Of a DNA stretch of 64,000 bases, positions 50,067 through 60,075 are shown piece by piece. The DNA is from a bacterium (lineage in GTDB: Bacteria > UBA8248), in NCBI GenBank assembly GCA_965203325.1, contig OZ241875.1, positions 128,001-192,000 on the forward strand, in the 5' to 3' direction. The notes under the pieces were generated by a model, which made no database searches, was not told the origin of the DNA, and saw nothing but the letters and a program-made list of their open reading frames with translations. The position numbers and the translations under genes are program-made. The first letter of the stretch is position 1. Every line of letters begins with the position of its first letter.

Positions 50067-50942
50067 CTAACGGTCCTTCCCCTCATATACTTCCACCACG
50101 CGCGCGCAGTCATCCTCCGCCCAGCCTGCCTCTTGCGCACGCCGGAACATCGTCAGTCCAGCTTCCGCTAAAGTCGCATCAAATCCTTTTTCTCTCGCGA
50201 GGTCAACGCAGAGGCCGAGATCTTTCACATATATGCTTAAAGAGCCATGAGGTGTGAAATCGCGCGCGAGTATTTTTTCTCCCTTGAGGTCCAGGAGAAC
50301 ACCTGCCGCCGCCCCCGATCGTAGGCAGGACATGATCGTATCGTGCGACAAGCCAGAGCGCTCGCCCAGGAGCAGCCCCTCTGTCAGCAAAGCGACGCCC
50401 GCGTTCACTATCAGGTTCGTCACCAGCTTCATGGAGCAGCCGGTACCGTTGGGCCCGGTATGGATAACGCTCTTGGCCAAGGGTTCGATGATGGGCTTGA
50501 TGCGCTCGAAAACCTCCTTCTTACCGCCCACCATATACGCCAGCGTCCTCGACTCCACGTGCGGCACGGTTCCCGAGACGGGCGCGTCGACCATATCAAC
50601 ACCCCTGGCTTCGAGCGCACTCGCCAGCCCTGCCGACCAGGTCGGGTTCATCGTGCTCATCTCAACGAGGATGAGGCCTTTCTTGCCCGCAGCGGCGATC
50701 CCTTCCGGCCCGATGGTGTTCATCTCGATGTGTTCGGGCTTGAGCAGCATGGTGAAAACGACGTCCGAGCGTTCGGCAACTTCTTTCGCGTGCGCGCAGG
50801 GTGTACCGCCTGCTTCTCTCAACTGCTCCATGCGCGCAGAGTCAACGTCGAACCCCGACACCTCATGACCATCGGCCAGGAGATTTTGGGTCAACGGCGT
50901 TCCCATCTTGCCCAGACCGATGAAACCCAGTTTCTCACCCAT
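50067..50942 (-). CDS. NAD(P)-dependent beta-hydroxyacid dehydrogenase (3-hydroxyisobutyrate / tartronate semialdehyde reductase family)
   Basis: GFIGLGKMG, DAPVSG, MKLVTN, KDLGL. Confidence 0.9.
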   Translation of the reverse strand: MGEKLGFIGLGKMGTPLTQNLLADGHEVSGFDVDSARMEQLREAGGTPCAHAKEVAERSDVVFTMLLKPEHIEMNTIGPEGIAAAGKKGLILVEMSTMNPTWSAGLASALEARGVDMVDAPVSGTVPHVESRTLAYMVGGKKEVFERIKPIIEPLAKSVIHTGPNGTGCSMKLVTNLIVNAGVALLTEGLLLGERSGLSHDTIMSCLRSGAAAGVLLDLKGEKILARDFTPHGSLSIYVKDLGLCVDLAREKGFDATLAEAGLTMFRRAQEAGWAEDDCARVVEVYEGKDR

Positions 50943-51097
50943 GCTTCGTCTCGCCTCCCGGTATGGAAAGAAAAAAATTGATATGCTTTATTCGGTTCCT
51001 TTCACCCTCGGATAGGGCGTAGAATAGAAAAGCGTTGAAATTTCTTTGGACGATTCATTTTCCGCATTCAACCAGACAATGCCTGGAGAGGAAACCA

Positions 51098-52174
51098 ATG
51101 TCAGCCATTCCCCTGCTTTCTTTACATCAGGCGGCAGACGCCGAGTTCATTGAAGAAACGGGATGGCGAATCCCGGCATCGTATGGAGACGCGGCAGCCG
51201 AGCATCTCGCTTGCAGAGAAAGCGCCGTCGTAATTGACCTGTCCCACCGGGGCAACCTCTGCTTCAGCGGACCGGACACCGATGAATTTCTCCACCGGAT
51301 GCTTTCCAACCGCGTGAAAGAGCTGATGCCAGGAGAGGGTGCGTACAACACCTTCCTGACGCGGCAGGGAAAGTTTATCTCCGATCTGTATATGTATAAA
51401 TCCGAAACATTTGTCGTCGCCTCGGTGGCTCCCGGAACGGCGGATACGCTCGCCGAGGAGATCGACAGGTTCATCATCATGGATCAGGTGGAAGTGTCGA
51501 ACGAGACGGAAAACTCGTTTTGCTTCGGTCTTTTCGGTCCCTCCTCACGGGAGATCATCGCCGAAGCGGGCATGGGCGAGCTTTCGCTCGAAGAGCACGG
51601 CCATACGACTTCGGGCAACATGATGATAGCGCGGGAGCTATGGACGGGAGAGAACGGCTACCTCCTCATGGGGCCTCGCGAGAACGCGGATTCCGCTTGG
51701 CGCGCATTGTCGGATGCGGGGGCGAAACCGGCGGGCGTCGCGGCGTTCGAATCGCTCACTTTGGAGGCCGGTGTGCCCTTGTTCGGCAAGGACATGACTT
51801 CGGCCGTCAACCCCATGCAGGCGGGTTTGGAAGAAAAGGCCATCGACTTCGAGAAGGGCTGCTACATCGGGCAGGAAGTCATCGCCAAGATCAAGTACCT
51901 GGGCCAGGTGAATCGCGGGCTCGTGGGGCTTAAAGTCAGCGGTGAAACCACACCCGAGGCGGGAGCCGCCGTCCATTCCGATGAGAAAAAAATCGGTTCC
52001 ATCACCCGCGCTGCGTATTGCCCGACGCTCGACGCCGTTTTGGCTTTTTCCTATCTCCCGCGCGCCCAGATGGAGCCTGGCACCGAGGTAAGAGTCGCTT
52101 GCCGGGGCGACGACGCGAAGGCGACGGTCGAGAGTCTGCCCTTCTATCGGAAAGAAATTGAAGGCGTCCGATGA
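51098..52174 (+). CDS. Aminomethyltransferase family folate-binding protein (YgfZ/GcvT-like)
   Basis: DLSHRG, KGCYIGQE motif. Confidence 0.88.
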   Translation: MSAIPLLSLHQAADAEFIEETGWRIPASYGDAAAEHLACRESAVVIDLSHRGNLCFSGPDTDEFLHRMLSNRVKELMPGEGAYNTFLTRQGKFISDLYMYKSETFVVASVAPGTADTLAEEIDRFIIMDQVEVSNETENSFCFGLFGPSSREIIAEAGMGELSLEEHGHTTSGNMMIARELWTGENGYLLMGPRENADSAWRALSDAGAKPAGVAAFESLTLEAGVPLFGKDMTSAVNPMQAGLEEKAIDFEKGCYIGQEVIAKIKYLGQVNRGLVGLKVSGETTPEAGAAVHSDEKKIGSITRAAYCPTLDAVLAFSYLPRAQMEPGTEVRVACRGDDAKATVESLPFYRKEIEGVR

Positions 52175-52376
52175 GAAGGAGGATTCGATAATTCCCGAAA
52201 ATCCGCGCGGCGGATGAAGTGAAAACGACCTCGGTTTGCTTTTGACTTCTATCATTGCGCGAGGCATATTGCGGCCTCCTTTGGGCGAATTTTAACGGGA
52301 TTTGCAACAACTTCAGGCGCATATACCGCCACGAAAAAATCTTCAGGAAACGTCGATTCCCGGGAGGAAGCAACAC

Positions 52377-54011
52377 ATGGCACAAGCCAAGGAGGGGGGA
52401 AAGGCAACCTCCTCACCTGCGAAAATAGGGACGGCAAAGACATTCGGCCTCCATAAAATGGGCCTCAAGAACGTCGGCAAGGTGTACCGAAATCTCCCCA
52501 TTCCTACACTAAACGAAATGGCGGTCGCGCGAGGCGAAGGATTCCTCGCTCCCAACGGCGCGCTTGTCGTCCACACGGGGAAATTCTCGGGCCGCTCGCC
52601 CAAGGACAAGTTCACCGTGGATCAAAACCCCTCCAACAAGAAAATATGGTGGGGGCCCATCAACCAGAAGATATCCACCGAAAACTGGGACAACATTTTT
52701 CAAAAAATCGCCAGCTACGCCCAACAGCGCGACCTTTTCATTTTCGACGGTTTCGTGGGCAACGACCGGAGATACAAACTCCCCGTGCGCGTCATCTCCG
52801 AACTGGCGTGGCATTCGATGTTCTGCCAAACGCTGCTCGTCCGCCCCGAGCCAGGCGAACTCGACAACCATAAAAATCCCTTCACGGTCATCGACATGGG
52901 CAGGTTCCTCGGAGCGGGTCCGGCGGAAGGACTCCGGCAGGAGAACTTCACGCTGGTGAACTTCGAGAAAAACATGGCGCTCATCGGCGGTTCCGAATAC
53001 GCCGGCGAGATGAAGAAATCCGCCTTTTTCATCATGAACTACCTGCTCCCGCAGCAAGGCGTTTTCCCGATGCACTGTTCGGCGAACATGGGCCACAAGG
53101 GGGACACGGCTCTTTTCTTCGGTCTCTCCGGCACGGGCAAGACCACGTTGTCCGCAGATACGAACCGAAAGCTCATCGGCGACGACGAACACGGGTGGTC
53201 GGATTCGGGCATCTTCAATTTCGAAGGCGGGTGCTATGCGAAAACCATCAACTTGACGCGGGAGAAAGAACCCCAGATTTGGGATGCGATACGCTTCGGT
53301 TCCGTTCTTGAGAACGTCATCGTCGACCCGCTGACGCGGGAGATCGATTACGACGACATGTCGATCACCGAAAACACGCGCGCCACATATCCCAACCACT
53401 TCATCGACAACTGCGTGCTATCGGGCATGGGGGGGCATCCGAAGAACGTCTTCTTTCTCACATGCGACGCTTTCGGCGTCCTGCCCCCCATCAGCAGGCT
53501 TACGCCGGAGCAGGCCGCCTACCATTTCCTCTCCGGCTACACGGCGAAGGTGGCCGGCACCGAGGCGGGCGTCGATGAGCCGATGGCCACGTTCAGCAGT
53601 TGTTTCGGCGCGCCTTTCCTGGCCTTGCACCCCGCCGAATACGGAGAAATGCTCAAGGAGAGACTCAAAAAGCACGACGCGCAGGTCTGGCTCGTCAACA
53701 CGGGCTGGATCGGCGGGGCCGCCGGCGAGGTCGACAGGATGCCGCTGCATCATACGCGCGCGCTCCTGACGGCCGCCATGACGGGCGAACTGGCCAAGGT
53801 TCCCACCCAGGACGTGCCGATATTCGAACTCCATGTTCCGACAAGCTGCCCCGGGGTGCCGAAAAAATACATGATTCCCAGAAACCTTTGGAGAAGCAAG
53901 AAAAAATACGACGAGAAAATACGCGAGCTCGCCGGAGCGTTCCGGGAGAATTTCGAGCAGTTCGCGGATCGGGTGACGCCGGACGTCGCGGCGGCCGGCC
54001 CCAAAATCTAG
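52377..54011 (+). CDS. pckA: Phosphoenolpyruvate carboxykinase (ATP)
   Basis: GRSPKDK, YAGEMKK, HCSAN, GLSGTGKTTLS, IGDDEHGW, ENTRATYP, LVNTGW. Confidence 0.97.
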   Translation: MAQAKEGGKATSSPAKIGTAKTFGLHKMGLKNVGKVYRNLPIPTLNEMAVARGEGFLAPNGALVVHTGKFSGRSPKDKFTVDQNPSNKKIWWGPINQKISTENWDNIFQKIASYAQQRDLFIFDGFVGNDRRYKLPVRVISELAWHSMFCQTLLVRPEPGELDNHKNPFTVIDMGRFLGAGPAEGLRQENFTLVNFEKNMALIGGSEYAGEMKKSAFFIMNYLLPQQGVFPMHCSANMGHKGDTALFFGLSGTGKTTLSADTNRKLIGDDEHGWSDSGIFNFEGGCYAKTINLTREKEPQIWDAIRFGSVLENVIVDPLTREIDYDDMSITENTRATYPNHFIDNCVLSGMGGHPKNVFFLTCDAFGVLPPISRLTPEQAAYHFLSGYTAKVAGTEAGVDEPMATFSSCFGAPFLALHPAEYGEMLKERLKKHDAQVWLVNTGWIGGAAGEVDRMPLHHTRALLTAAMTGELAKVPTQDVPIFELHVPTSCPGVPKKYMIPRNLWRSKKKYDEKIRELAGAFRENFEQFADRVTPDVAAAGPKI

Positions 54012-54059
54012 GCGTTCATTCCAGGTATATGCACTCCCCGTTCAAAAGGAGGTATTCCG

Positions 54060-54245
54060 ATGCCCGTTGTTCAGGTAAGCCTGCTGTCAGGAAGATCGAA
54101 AGATCAGAAAAAGGCGATGGCGGATGAGATTACCGAGACCGTCCACAAGCATTCAGGCGCCCCGAAAGACGTCATCACGGTGATATTCCAGGACGTCGGA
54201 ACGGATTCCTGGGCAGCGGGCGGGACTCTCTTTGAAGACCGATAG
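54060..54245 (+). CDS. 4-oxalocrotonate tautomerase family protein
   Basis: N-terminal Pro, GRSKDQK, WAAGG; 61 aa; AGGAGG RBS. Confidence 0.9.
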   Translation: MPVVQVSLLSGRSKDQKKAMADEITETVHKHSGAPKDVITVIFQDVGTDSWAAGGTLFEDR

Positions 54246-54278
54246 CGGCTGTATTCCTTTAATGGAGGAGGGATAGAG

Positions 54279-55136
54279 ATGAGCGCCGACAACTTCAGGC
54301 TCGCACTCGTGCAACCGATGGGGTATCCCCCGCCGGACGATGAAAAAAACGTGGCCGACGCGGTCCGCTACGTGGAAGACGCCGCCGCGCAGGGGGCCGA
54401 TTTCGTCGCCTTCCCCGAATCGTATCCGGGTCCGTGGCGGATGCCGGCAACGTTCGACCCCACCGAGGCGATGGAGGAAGTGGCCAAGCGCTGCGGCATT
54501 TATGTCCAATACGGAACGCTCGAACCGCTGGACAACGAGAAGAAAACGGCCCACAACCTGCTGAACCTCGCCCGGCCCACGGGCGGCCCCTCGGGGCGCT
54601 ACCGCAGGACCCATCCACCCGGCCCCTGGATCTACACGGGCGGCGGCATCTGGGAATTTCAGTACGTCGCAGGGAACGAATACCCCGTTTTCGAGACCCA
54701 GTACGGTCAGGTCGGCATGGCGATGTGCAGCGAAGTCTACATGCCCGAGGTGACGCGCGCGCTCTCGCTGCGCGGGGCGGAAATCATCTTCCTGCCCGCG
54801 GGCGTGGACAAGAAGAGGCTGTGGGGCACTTGGCGGAACCTCATCTGGTCGCGCGCAATCGAAAACCTCGCGGTCGTCATCACCACGCAGAACCTCTTTG
54901 ACAAGAGCCAGCGCGGTCTGGCGATGGTGGCGACGCCCGAGGAAGTCATTTTCGAGAGCACGAAGGCCGGCATGTTCATGGTCGACGTGGATCTGGAGAG
55001 AATGCGCGAGCTTCGCGAGCAGAACGACGAGGTGACCTCATCGGGGCAAAACGCGGCCAAGGCGGGTGTGCTGAAGCAGTGGCAACGGCCCGAGTTGTAC
55101 GACAAGTTCTTCCCCAAAGAAGGCGCAGCCAGTTAA
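54279..55136 (+). CDS. Carbon-nitrogen hydrolase (nitrilase superfamily)
   Basis: FPE, YRRTH, MCSEVYMPE, SRAIEN. Confidence 0.9.
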   Translation: MSADNFRLALVQPMGYPPPDDEKNVADAVRYVEDAAAQGADFVAFPESYPGPWRMPATFDPTEAMEEVAKRCGIYVQYGTLEPLDNEKKTAHNLLNLARPTGGPSGRYRRTHPPGPWIYTGGGIWEFQYVAGNEYPVFETQYGQVGMAMCSEVYMPEVTRALSLRGAEIIFLPAGVDKKRLWGTWRNLIWSRAIENLAVVITTQNLFDKSQRGLAMVATPEEVIFESTKAGMFMVDVDLERMRELREQNDEVTSSGQNAAKAGVLKQWQRPELYDKFFPKEGAAS

Positions 55137-55139
55137 TGA

Positions 55140-55178
55140 CGCATCCACCCCCGGGGCGCAGGCCCAGGGGTGGATGCG
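55140..55178. terminator. Intergenic stem-loop
   Basis: 12-bp arms cgcatccacccc / ggggtggatgcg; no U-tract. Confidence 0.45.
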
Positions 55179-55204
55179 CAAACATTTCCTGCTAGAAGAT
55201 ACGA

Positions 55205-55708
55205 ATGTCGAACACCTATTTCTGGCTTCTTTACGTCCATATACTGGCGGCATGTCTGTATGAGGGCGCACTGGTCTTCTTCTGGCTCCTCATGGGGCAC
55301 TTGAGGAGGCGGCTTGAGCCTGAGGAATACGCGGGCGAGATCATCTCCATCCTGCGTTTCTACCACCCCTTCGTGCTCATCTGCATGGGCGTGCTCATCA
55401 TGACGGGCGCGTGGTATCTGACGGGCCTCAAGATGGCGATGGGGCCCGCATTCGGGAAACTCTTTGTTCCATTGGGGCTTAAACTACTGACGGTTTTCCT
55501 GATGATGATGGGGATCAGCTTTCAGTTCTTCGCCGTGGGACTCAGGCTCACGCGGGGGACGGGACCCGCCGGGAACGGGCGTCCCATAGGCGATACGACG
55601 GATGAGCGGGTGAAATTGCTGAGGACGCTCGAGCATGTGAACCTCGGGAACGCCGTCCTCGCCCTGTTCGCCATCTTCTTTGGCCTTGCGCTCAACAAGG
55701 GTTTCTAG
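55205..55708 (+). CDS. Hypothetical four-TM membrane protein (CopD-like topology)
   Basis: HILAA in TM1, LIMTG, LKL pattern. Confidence 0.65.
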   Translation: MSNTYFWLLYVHILAACLYEGALVFFWLLMGHLRRRLEPEEYAGEIISILRFYHPFVLICMGVLIMTGAWYLTGLKMAMGPAFGKLFVPLGLKLLTVFLMMMGISFQFFAVGLRLTRGTGPAGNGRPIGDTTDERVKLLRTLEHVNLGNAVLALFAIFFGLALNKGF

Positions 55709-55831
55709 ACAGATACTTGTGAGGCATAATTAAAGTAACGCTTGATATATTTTCCGCCGATTTTATTTATCCCAAAACCCCGTGAATTTATCCGATTTTA
55801 TCGAATTTTTCAGAAATGATGAGGGTGTACC

Positions 55832-56563
55832 ATGGCGACGGAACGAGAACTCGCGAGTGCGGCGAACAGGCGCCCGGCAGGCGGCGCCGAAGTCCCCCCG
55901 CGCCGCTGGGAGGGTTTCTCGGGCGTCGCGCTCTCGGATCCCAGGACCTCTCTGGAGCCGGTCGATGCCGATCGCGACACGGCCGGCATCTTCCGAGCGG
56001 CGACCGAGGGCGAAGATACCGATCGCATATTCGATTACATGAACGTGGGCCCCTTCTCCACGGAGGAGCAGGTGCATGACCTCCTTGTGGAGCGGCAGGC
56101 CTCACAGGACCCGGTGTTCGTCGTCTACCGCGACAACGCGACGGACCGCCTCGGCGGGATGGGCAGTTTTATGGAAATCCGCGCTCATATCGGCGTCGCC
56201 GAAATCGGCCACATCTGGTTCGGCCGCGCATGGCAGCGCGATGTGCGGGCCACGGAAGTCCTCTCGCTCAAGATGCGCCACGTTCTCGACACCCTGGGCT
56301 ACCGCCGCCTGGAATGGAAGTGCGACGCCCTGAACACGGCATCGCGCGCAGCGGCCCTGCGCCTAGGCTTCCGCTACGAGGGGATATTCCTGAACCACAT
56401 GATCGTCAAGGGACGCAGCCGGGACACCGCCTGGTTCTCCCTCACGGAAGAAGAGTGGCCCGCCGTGCGCGATGCCCACGACCGCTGGCTCGCGCCTGAG
56501 AATTTCGACGCCGAAGGCCGCCAGAGATGCGCGCTGAGCGACCTCACCCGCGCGCTCTGGTGA
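55832..56563 (+). CDS. GNAT N-acetyltransferase (RimJ/RimL-like)
   Basis: EIGHIW, LGYRRLEWKCDALN, RLGFRYEG, GRSRDTAW. Confidence 0.92.
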   Translation: MATERELASAANRRPAGGAEVPPRRWEGFSGVALSDPRTSLEPVDADRDTAGIFRAATEGEDTDRIFDYMNVGPFSTEEQVHDLLVERQASQDPVFVVYRDNATDRLGGMGSFMEIRAHIGVAEIGHIWFGRAWQRDVRATEVLSLKMRHVLDTLGYRRLEWKCDALNTASRAAALRLGFRYEGIFLNHMIVKGRSRDTAWFSLTEEEWPAVRDAHDRWLAPENFDAEGRQRCALSDLTRALW

Positions 56564-56594
56564 GGCCGGTTTGCCTGCAGAGAGAAAAGCGCCC

Positions 56595-57437
56595 TCAGGT
56601 CGAATGGGGAGGCTCGGCGGCGCAACGGAAGCCGATGTAGGCGTGCCCCGTCGCCTGTCTGCCGGGCATCACGACTTCCCGGTTCGTCGTCGTCATGCCG
56701 TCCGGCAGGCTCGCCGAATTGCCGCCCCGCACGACGCGCGCATCCACGGCGCTCAGGCTCTCGCGCCCGTCCTTGGGCTTGTAGGGATACGCCATCGCCA
56801 GCGAAGTCGTCCATTCCCACACCTGCCCCGCCATGTCGTTCACCCCGTATGGGCTCGCGCCTTTGGGATAGCTTCCCGCGACCACCGTCTGCCCCCGGTA
56901 GTCTCCCAGGAACAGATACTCCCCCGACGGCTTCCGGTCTCCCCACGGATAGAGGCGGCCGTCGGTTCCGCGCGCCGCCTTTTCCCACTGCGCCTCGGTG
57001 GGCAGCTTCTTCCTCTTCCAGCGGCAGTAGGCCAGGGCGCCGCCCCAGGCCATCTCGCTCGCCGGGAATTTTTCAAAACCCTTCTCGACGACCCAGCCGT
57101 CGCCTTGGGAGACGATCTTGGCGTCGGGGTCGTCGGTATCGAGATACATCTCTCCCTGGGGGCCGGCAGGGCCTTTCTCCTGAATAAAGGGGAGATATTC
57201 CGCCCAGGTCACCAGATTCCGGTCGATGTAATAAGCGGGAAGAAACACGCGGTGCGCGGGCTTTTCCTCATCGGGGCCGTCGTTGCGCCCCATCGTGAAA
57301 GGACCGGCGGGGATGAGCACCATCCCTGCGTACCTGCCCTTGCCCATCTGCAGGGAAGCGGCGTGGGCCATTTCCGCAAAAGCCGCCGCCAGCAGGATAA
57401 AAACGAGCACCCCGATGCTGAGCGTTTTATTCATCAC
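56595..57437 (-). CDS. Exported FGE/SUMF1-domain protein
   Basis: Signal peptide; FTMG, LPTEAQWEKAARG, MAGQVWEW, RGG, IGFRC. Confidence 0.88.
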   Translation of the reverse strand: MMNKTLSIGVLVFILLAAAFAEMAHAASLQMGKGRYAGMVLIPAGPFTMGRNDGPDEEKPAHRVFLPAYYIDRNLVTWAEYLPFIQEKGPAGPQGEMYLDTDDPDAKIVSQGDGWVVEKGFEKFPASEMAWGGALAYCRWKRKKLPTEAQWEKAARGTDGRLYPWGDRKPSGEYLFLGDYRGQTVVAGSYPKGASPYGVNDMAGQVWEWTTSLAMAYPYKPKDGRESLSAVDARVVRGGNSASLPDGMTTTNREVVMPGRQATGHAYIGFRCAAEPPHST

Positions 57438-57579
57438 GCGCGCAACCCTCGAAAAGTGGATTTTTGGGGATTATAGCGGAAAGCGGTCGGAAAAACCGCA
57501 CAAGATCGGGCGAGAGTTCCCTTTACACGGCAAAGCCGCGCAACAACGACACCATTTCCACAAATTCAAAGGAAAACGA

Positions 57580-57717
57580 GATTCACTCCCTCCTTGAGGG
57601 GGTTGGGGGTCGAACGCTACCGGGGAGGGAGCGTTCGCTTCTTCGACAAAGGTTTTTCCAGCAATCCCGCCCTGCGGCGGCCAGATGCGGCTGCCGCTGG
57701 CGACGGGCGGGGATTGC
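57580..57717. repeat. Degenerate repeat cluster including a copy of the 3' end of the 58935-59657 gene
   Basis: gattcactccctccttgaggggg end, TIR-like ggtttttccagcaatccc, and 57666-57692 identical to 58941-58967. Confidence 0.65.
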
Positions 57718-57774
57718 CCCGTTTATCTTTCTCCGGCCGGTGCCTGCCCGGAAAACCGCCCGTTTTTCAATCGA

Positions 57775-58788
57775 TCAGTTACCATTTACAGGAGGGGGAG
57801 GAAATCGAGACACCCCGTTCTCCCTGAACCGCTCGCTCAGCGCCAGGAAAGACCCGACCAACGCGCCCGCGCTGCCGTCGCTCTCCTCGAAACCGACACT
57901 GCTGAAGCCCATCACCAAACGGGGGTTCCCGTCCGTGTCCTGGCGGCTGGAAAGGGCCCCGCCCCAATACCCCTCCGCTAGCGTGATTGTGCGCTCCGGG
58001 TGTTTCAGCGTCACCCTGTCTCGATCGAACATGCCGTCTTCCCTGATAATCGCAGTCGCGAGGTGAAGCTCGTAGTCCCTGGCGACGCCCTGCTCGTCGC
58101 TTACCTCCTGGCCCAGGAAAACGCCGAAATGCCCCCGCTGCGTAACGAGATCGCCCACGCACCCGATGCAGCCCTTCAAGGTGCCGTCTTCGAAGTCCGC
58201 CGTGAGGGTGACCGTTCCCTGGTACTCTTCGAGCACGAATTCGCCCTCATTCTCTCCCCAGCCGCTGCCGAACTCGTATGCGTAGAGGCCGCCGGCCGGG
58301 CCCGTGTATGAGGCCGTTCCGTCGACCGGCAGTTGCGGTGCGACGCCATGGTCGAGTTCCGGCCCGTCGATAATCCCGAACGGCATGAAATCCTCGAACG
58401 AAAGCGGCGGCTCCTGATCGGGGAACCGCGCCCACCAGCCGGCCACAAGGTAGTCTGCCGGGTCGTCCGGGTTCCAGCTCACCAGGGCGTGGGCTACCGA
58501 TGTGGCGTCATCCGTGATCTTGAGGAACGTCCAGGTCCTCGCCTGATGGCCGGGCATGGGCGTCATCCCGGGCTGTACTCCGATAACATCGTCGGTCGTG
58601 TTGACGGATTCCTCGGTTCCGTCGCGCAGCCTCACGAATAACCTCAAGCTCTCGCCGTCGAACTCGGTATTCCTCTCGAGCTTGATAGGAACTCCTTCAG
58701 GCGTGCCGCCGCCGCTTCCCATGCAGGCGGTCAGCAGAAACGACATAACGAGAAGTATTGGAACGTATTTCACGACCGTCTCCCTCAT
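57775..58788 (-). CDS. Lipoprotein with a TbpB/transferrin-binding-like C-terminal beta-barrel
   Basis: Lipobox LTAC then a Gly linker; LPVDGTASYTG, VTLTADF, WGG..S, VGSF. Confidence 0.6.
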   Translation of the reverse strand: MRETVVKYVPILLVMSFLLTACMGSGGGTPEGVPIKLERNTEFDGESLRLFVRLRDGTEESVNTTDDVIGVQPGMTPMPGHQARTWTFLKITDDATSVAHALVSWNPDDPADYLVAGWWARFPDQEPPLSFEDFMPFGIIDGPELDHGVAPQLPVDGTASYTGPAGGLYAYEFGSGWGENEGEFVLEEYQGTVTLTADFEDGTLKGCIGCVGDLVTQRGHFGVFLGQEVSDEQGVARDYELHLATAIIREDGMFDRDRVTLKHPERTITLAEGYWGGALSSRQDTDGNPRLVMGFSSVGFEESDGSAGALVGSFLALSERFRENGVSRFPPPPVNGN

Positions 58789-58934
58789 TTTGGCTATAAA
58801 CTTCCCCGTGGCGTTCGCTCACCTTCTCTTTCCGGGCCAAAATAGCACGCCCGGTTTCGAAGCGGCAATGAAAATGCCCACTTTCTCCCCGGCTGGAACC
58901 GGGTAAATTCTGCCGGGGTTGTGGGCAAGCGACT

Positions 58935-59657
58935 CTAATCCCCGCCCTGCGGCGGCCAGATGCGGCTTGCCGCCAGCGGAGAGCCGGGGGGATGGACGAG
59001 ATACCCGTGCACGCGCTTCGTCCCCTCGGTTTCTTCGAGCGCGATGTAGTTCGCCTCGCGCGCCTCTAAAGATGTGTACTCATACAAGACGGAATGCTTG
59101 GGCGAAGCCGTGGCCACCAGGTATTTTCTCGCGCCCATGCAGCCGGGCGTGTCCGCAACCCGCGCCATGCGCTCCTGGGCGTACCAGGCCTGGAGGTCCT
59201 CATCGTTGCCCCCCGCATCGTAGCGGCCCATCTGGATCGCGGGCGCCATGACGTCGGAGGCTTCCCTCTGGCCTGCGTCCGGGCCTTCCACCCGCCACTC
59301 CTCGCAAAGGATGAGTCCTTTGGCCTGAATCCGCATCCCTGTCATTTTGCGAGTTTCCTCGTTCTGGCGCTCTTTTAGCTGCACCGGACTGGGATCGTAG
59401 AAAACGCGGGTGGTCTCCCCGCCGAAGAGCGCGATGAACCCCGCACCCGATGCGAGAGCAGGATCGTCGGTGCGGTTCAGGCGCGCCGCGATTTGTTCGA
59501 AGCGTTCGCCGGGGTGTTTCACCTCATAGTGCGCCGCCCAGACGTAGCCGGGACGCGATAGTTTTTCGGGGATGTGCACCCCGTGAAACCACTCCATGTA
59601 TTCATCGCGCCCTTCCTCGGGCAGATCGTAGATGATCGCCCATACCGCCCTGTCCAT
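58935..59657 (-). CDS. Hypothetical protein with tandem dimeric alpha/beta-barrel (EthD/DUF4286-like) domains
   Basis: EWFHGVHIPEKLSRPG and AWYAQERMARVADTPG internal repeat. Confidence 0.6.
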   Translation of the reverse strand: MDRAVWAIIYDLPEEGRDEYMEWFHGVHIPEKLSRPGYVWAAHYEVKHPGERFEQIAARLNRTDDPALASGAGFIALFGGETTRVFYDPSPVQLKERQNEETRKMTGMRIQAKGLILCEEWRVEGPDAGQREASDVMAPAIQMGRYDAGGNDEDLQAWYAQERMARVADTPGCMGARKYLVATASPKHSVLYEYTSLEAREANYIALEETEGTKRVHGYLVHPPGSPLAASRIWPPQGGD

Positions 59658-59727
59658 GTCTCGCCTCCGATATCCAAGAATGATTTGTGTATGAAGGTAA
59701 TGCGAAGGCCGCCGGTTTCGCCTCGCT

Positions 59728-60075
59728 CTACACTCCCGACGCCTCTGGTTTTCGAACCACTTCCTTCAGGTCGTGCTGAGTAAAGAGGGTCTTGCAGACC
59801 TTGTCCATGTGCGCCTTGAGCGGCGGGTAGGTCGTCAGTTCATAGCTCTTCACGTCCACGCTGATCGGCAGATTGCTCTCATGAAACAGAGTCCACAGAC
59901 GATCGATCTGCTTTTCCTTGATACCGCCCCGCAGCACCAGGTCGATGTCCGAATTCGGGCGATAATCGCCCGTAGCCCTTGAACCGAACAGTTCGACCGA
60001 GGCGATCTCATCGGCGAAGAGCGCCAGAATTTGTTTGAAAACCGCTAGCTGGCGGTCCGAGAGTCCGTGGTTCAT
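59728..60075 (-). CDS. Minimal nucleotidyltransferase (MNT antitoxin)
   Basis: LFGSRATG....SDIDL. Confidence 0.9.
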   Translation of the reverse strand: MNHGLSDRQLAVFKQILALFADEIASVELFGSRATGDYRPNSDIDLVLRGGIKEKQIDRLWTLFHESNLPISVDVKSYELTTYPPLKAHMDKVCKTLFTQHDLKEVVRKPEASGV

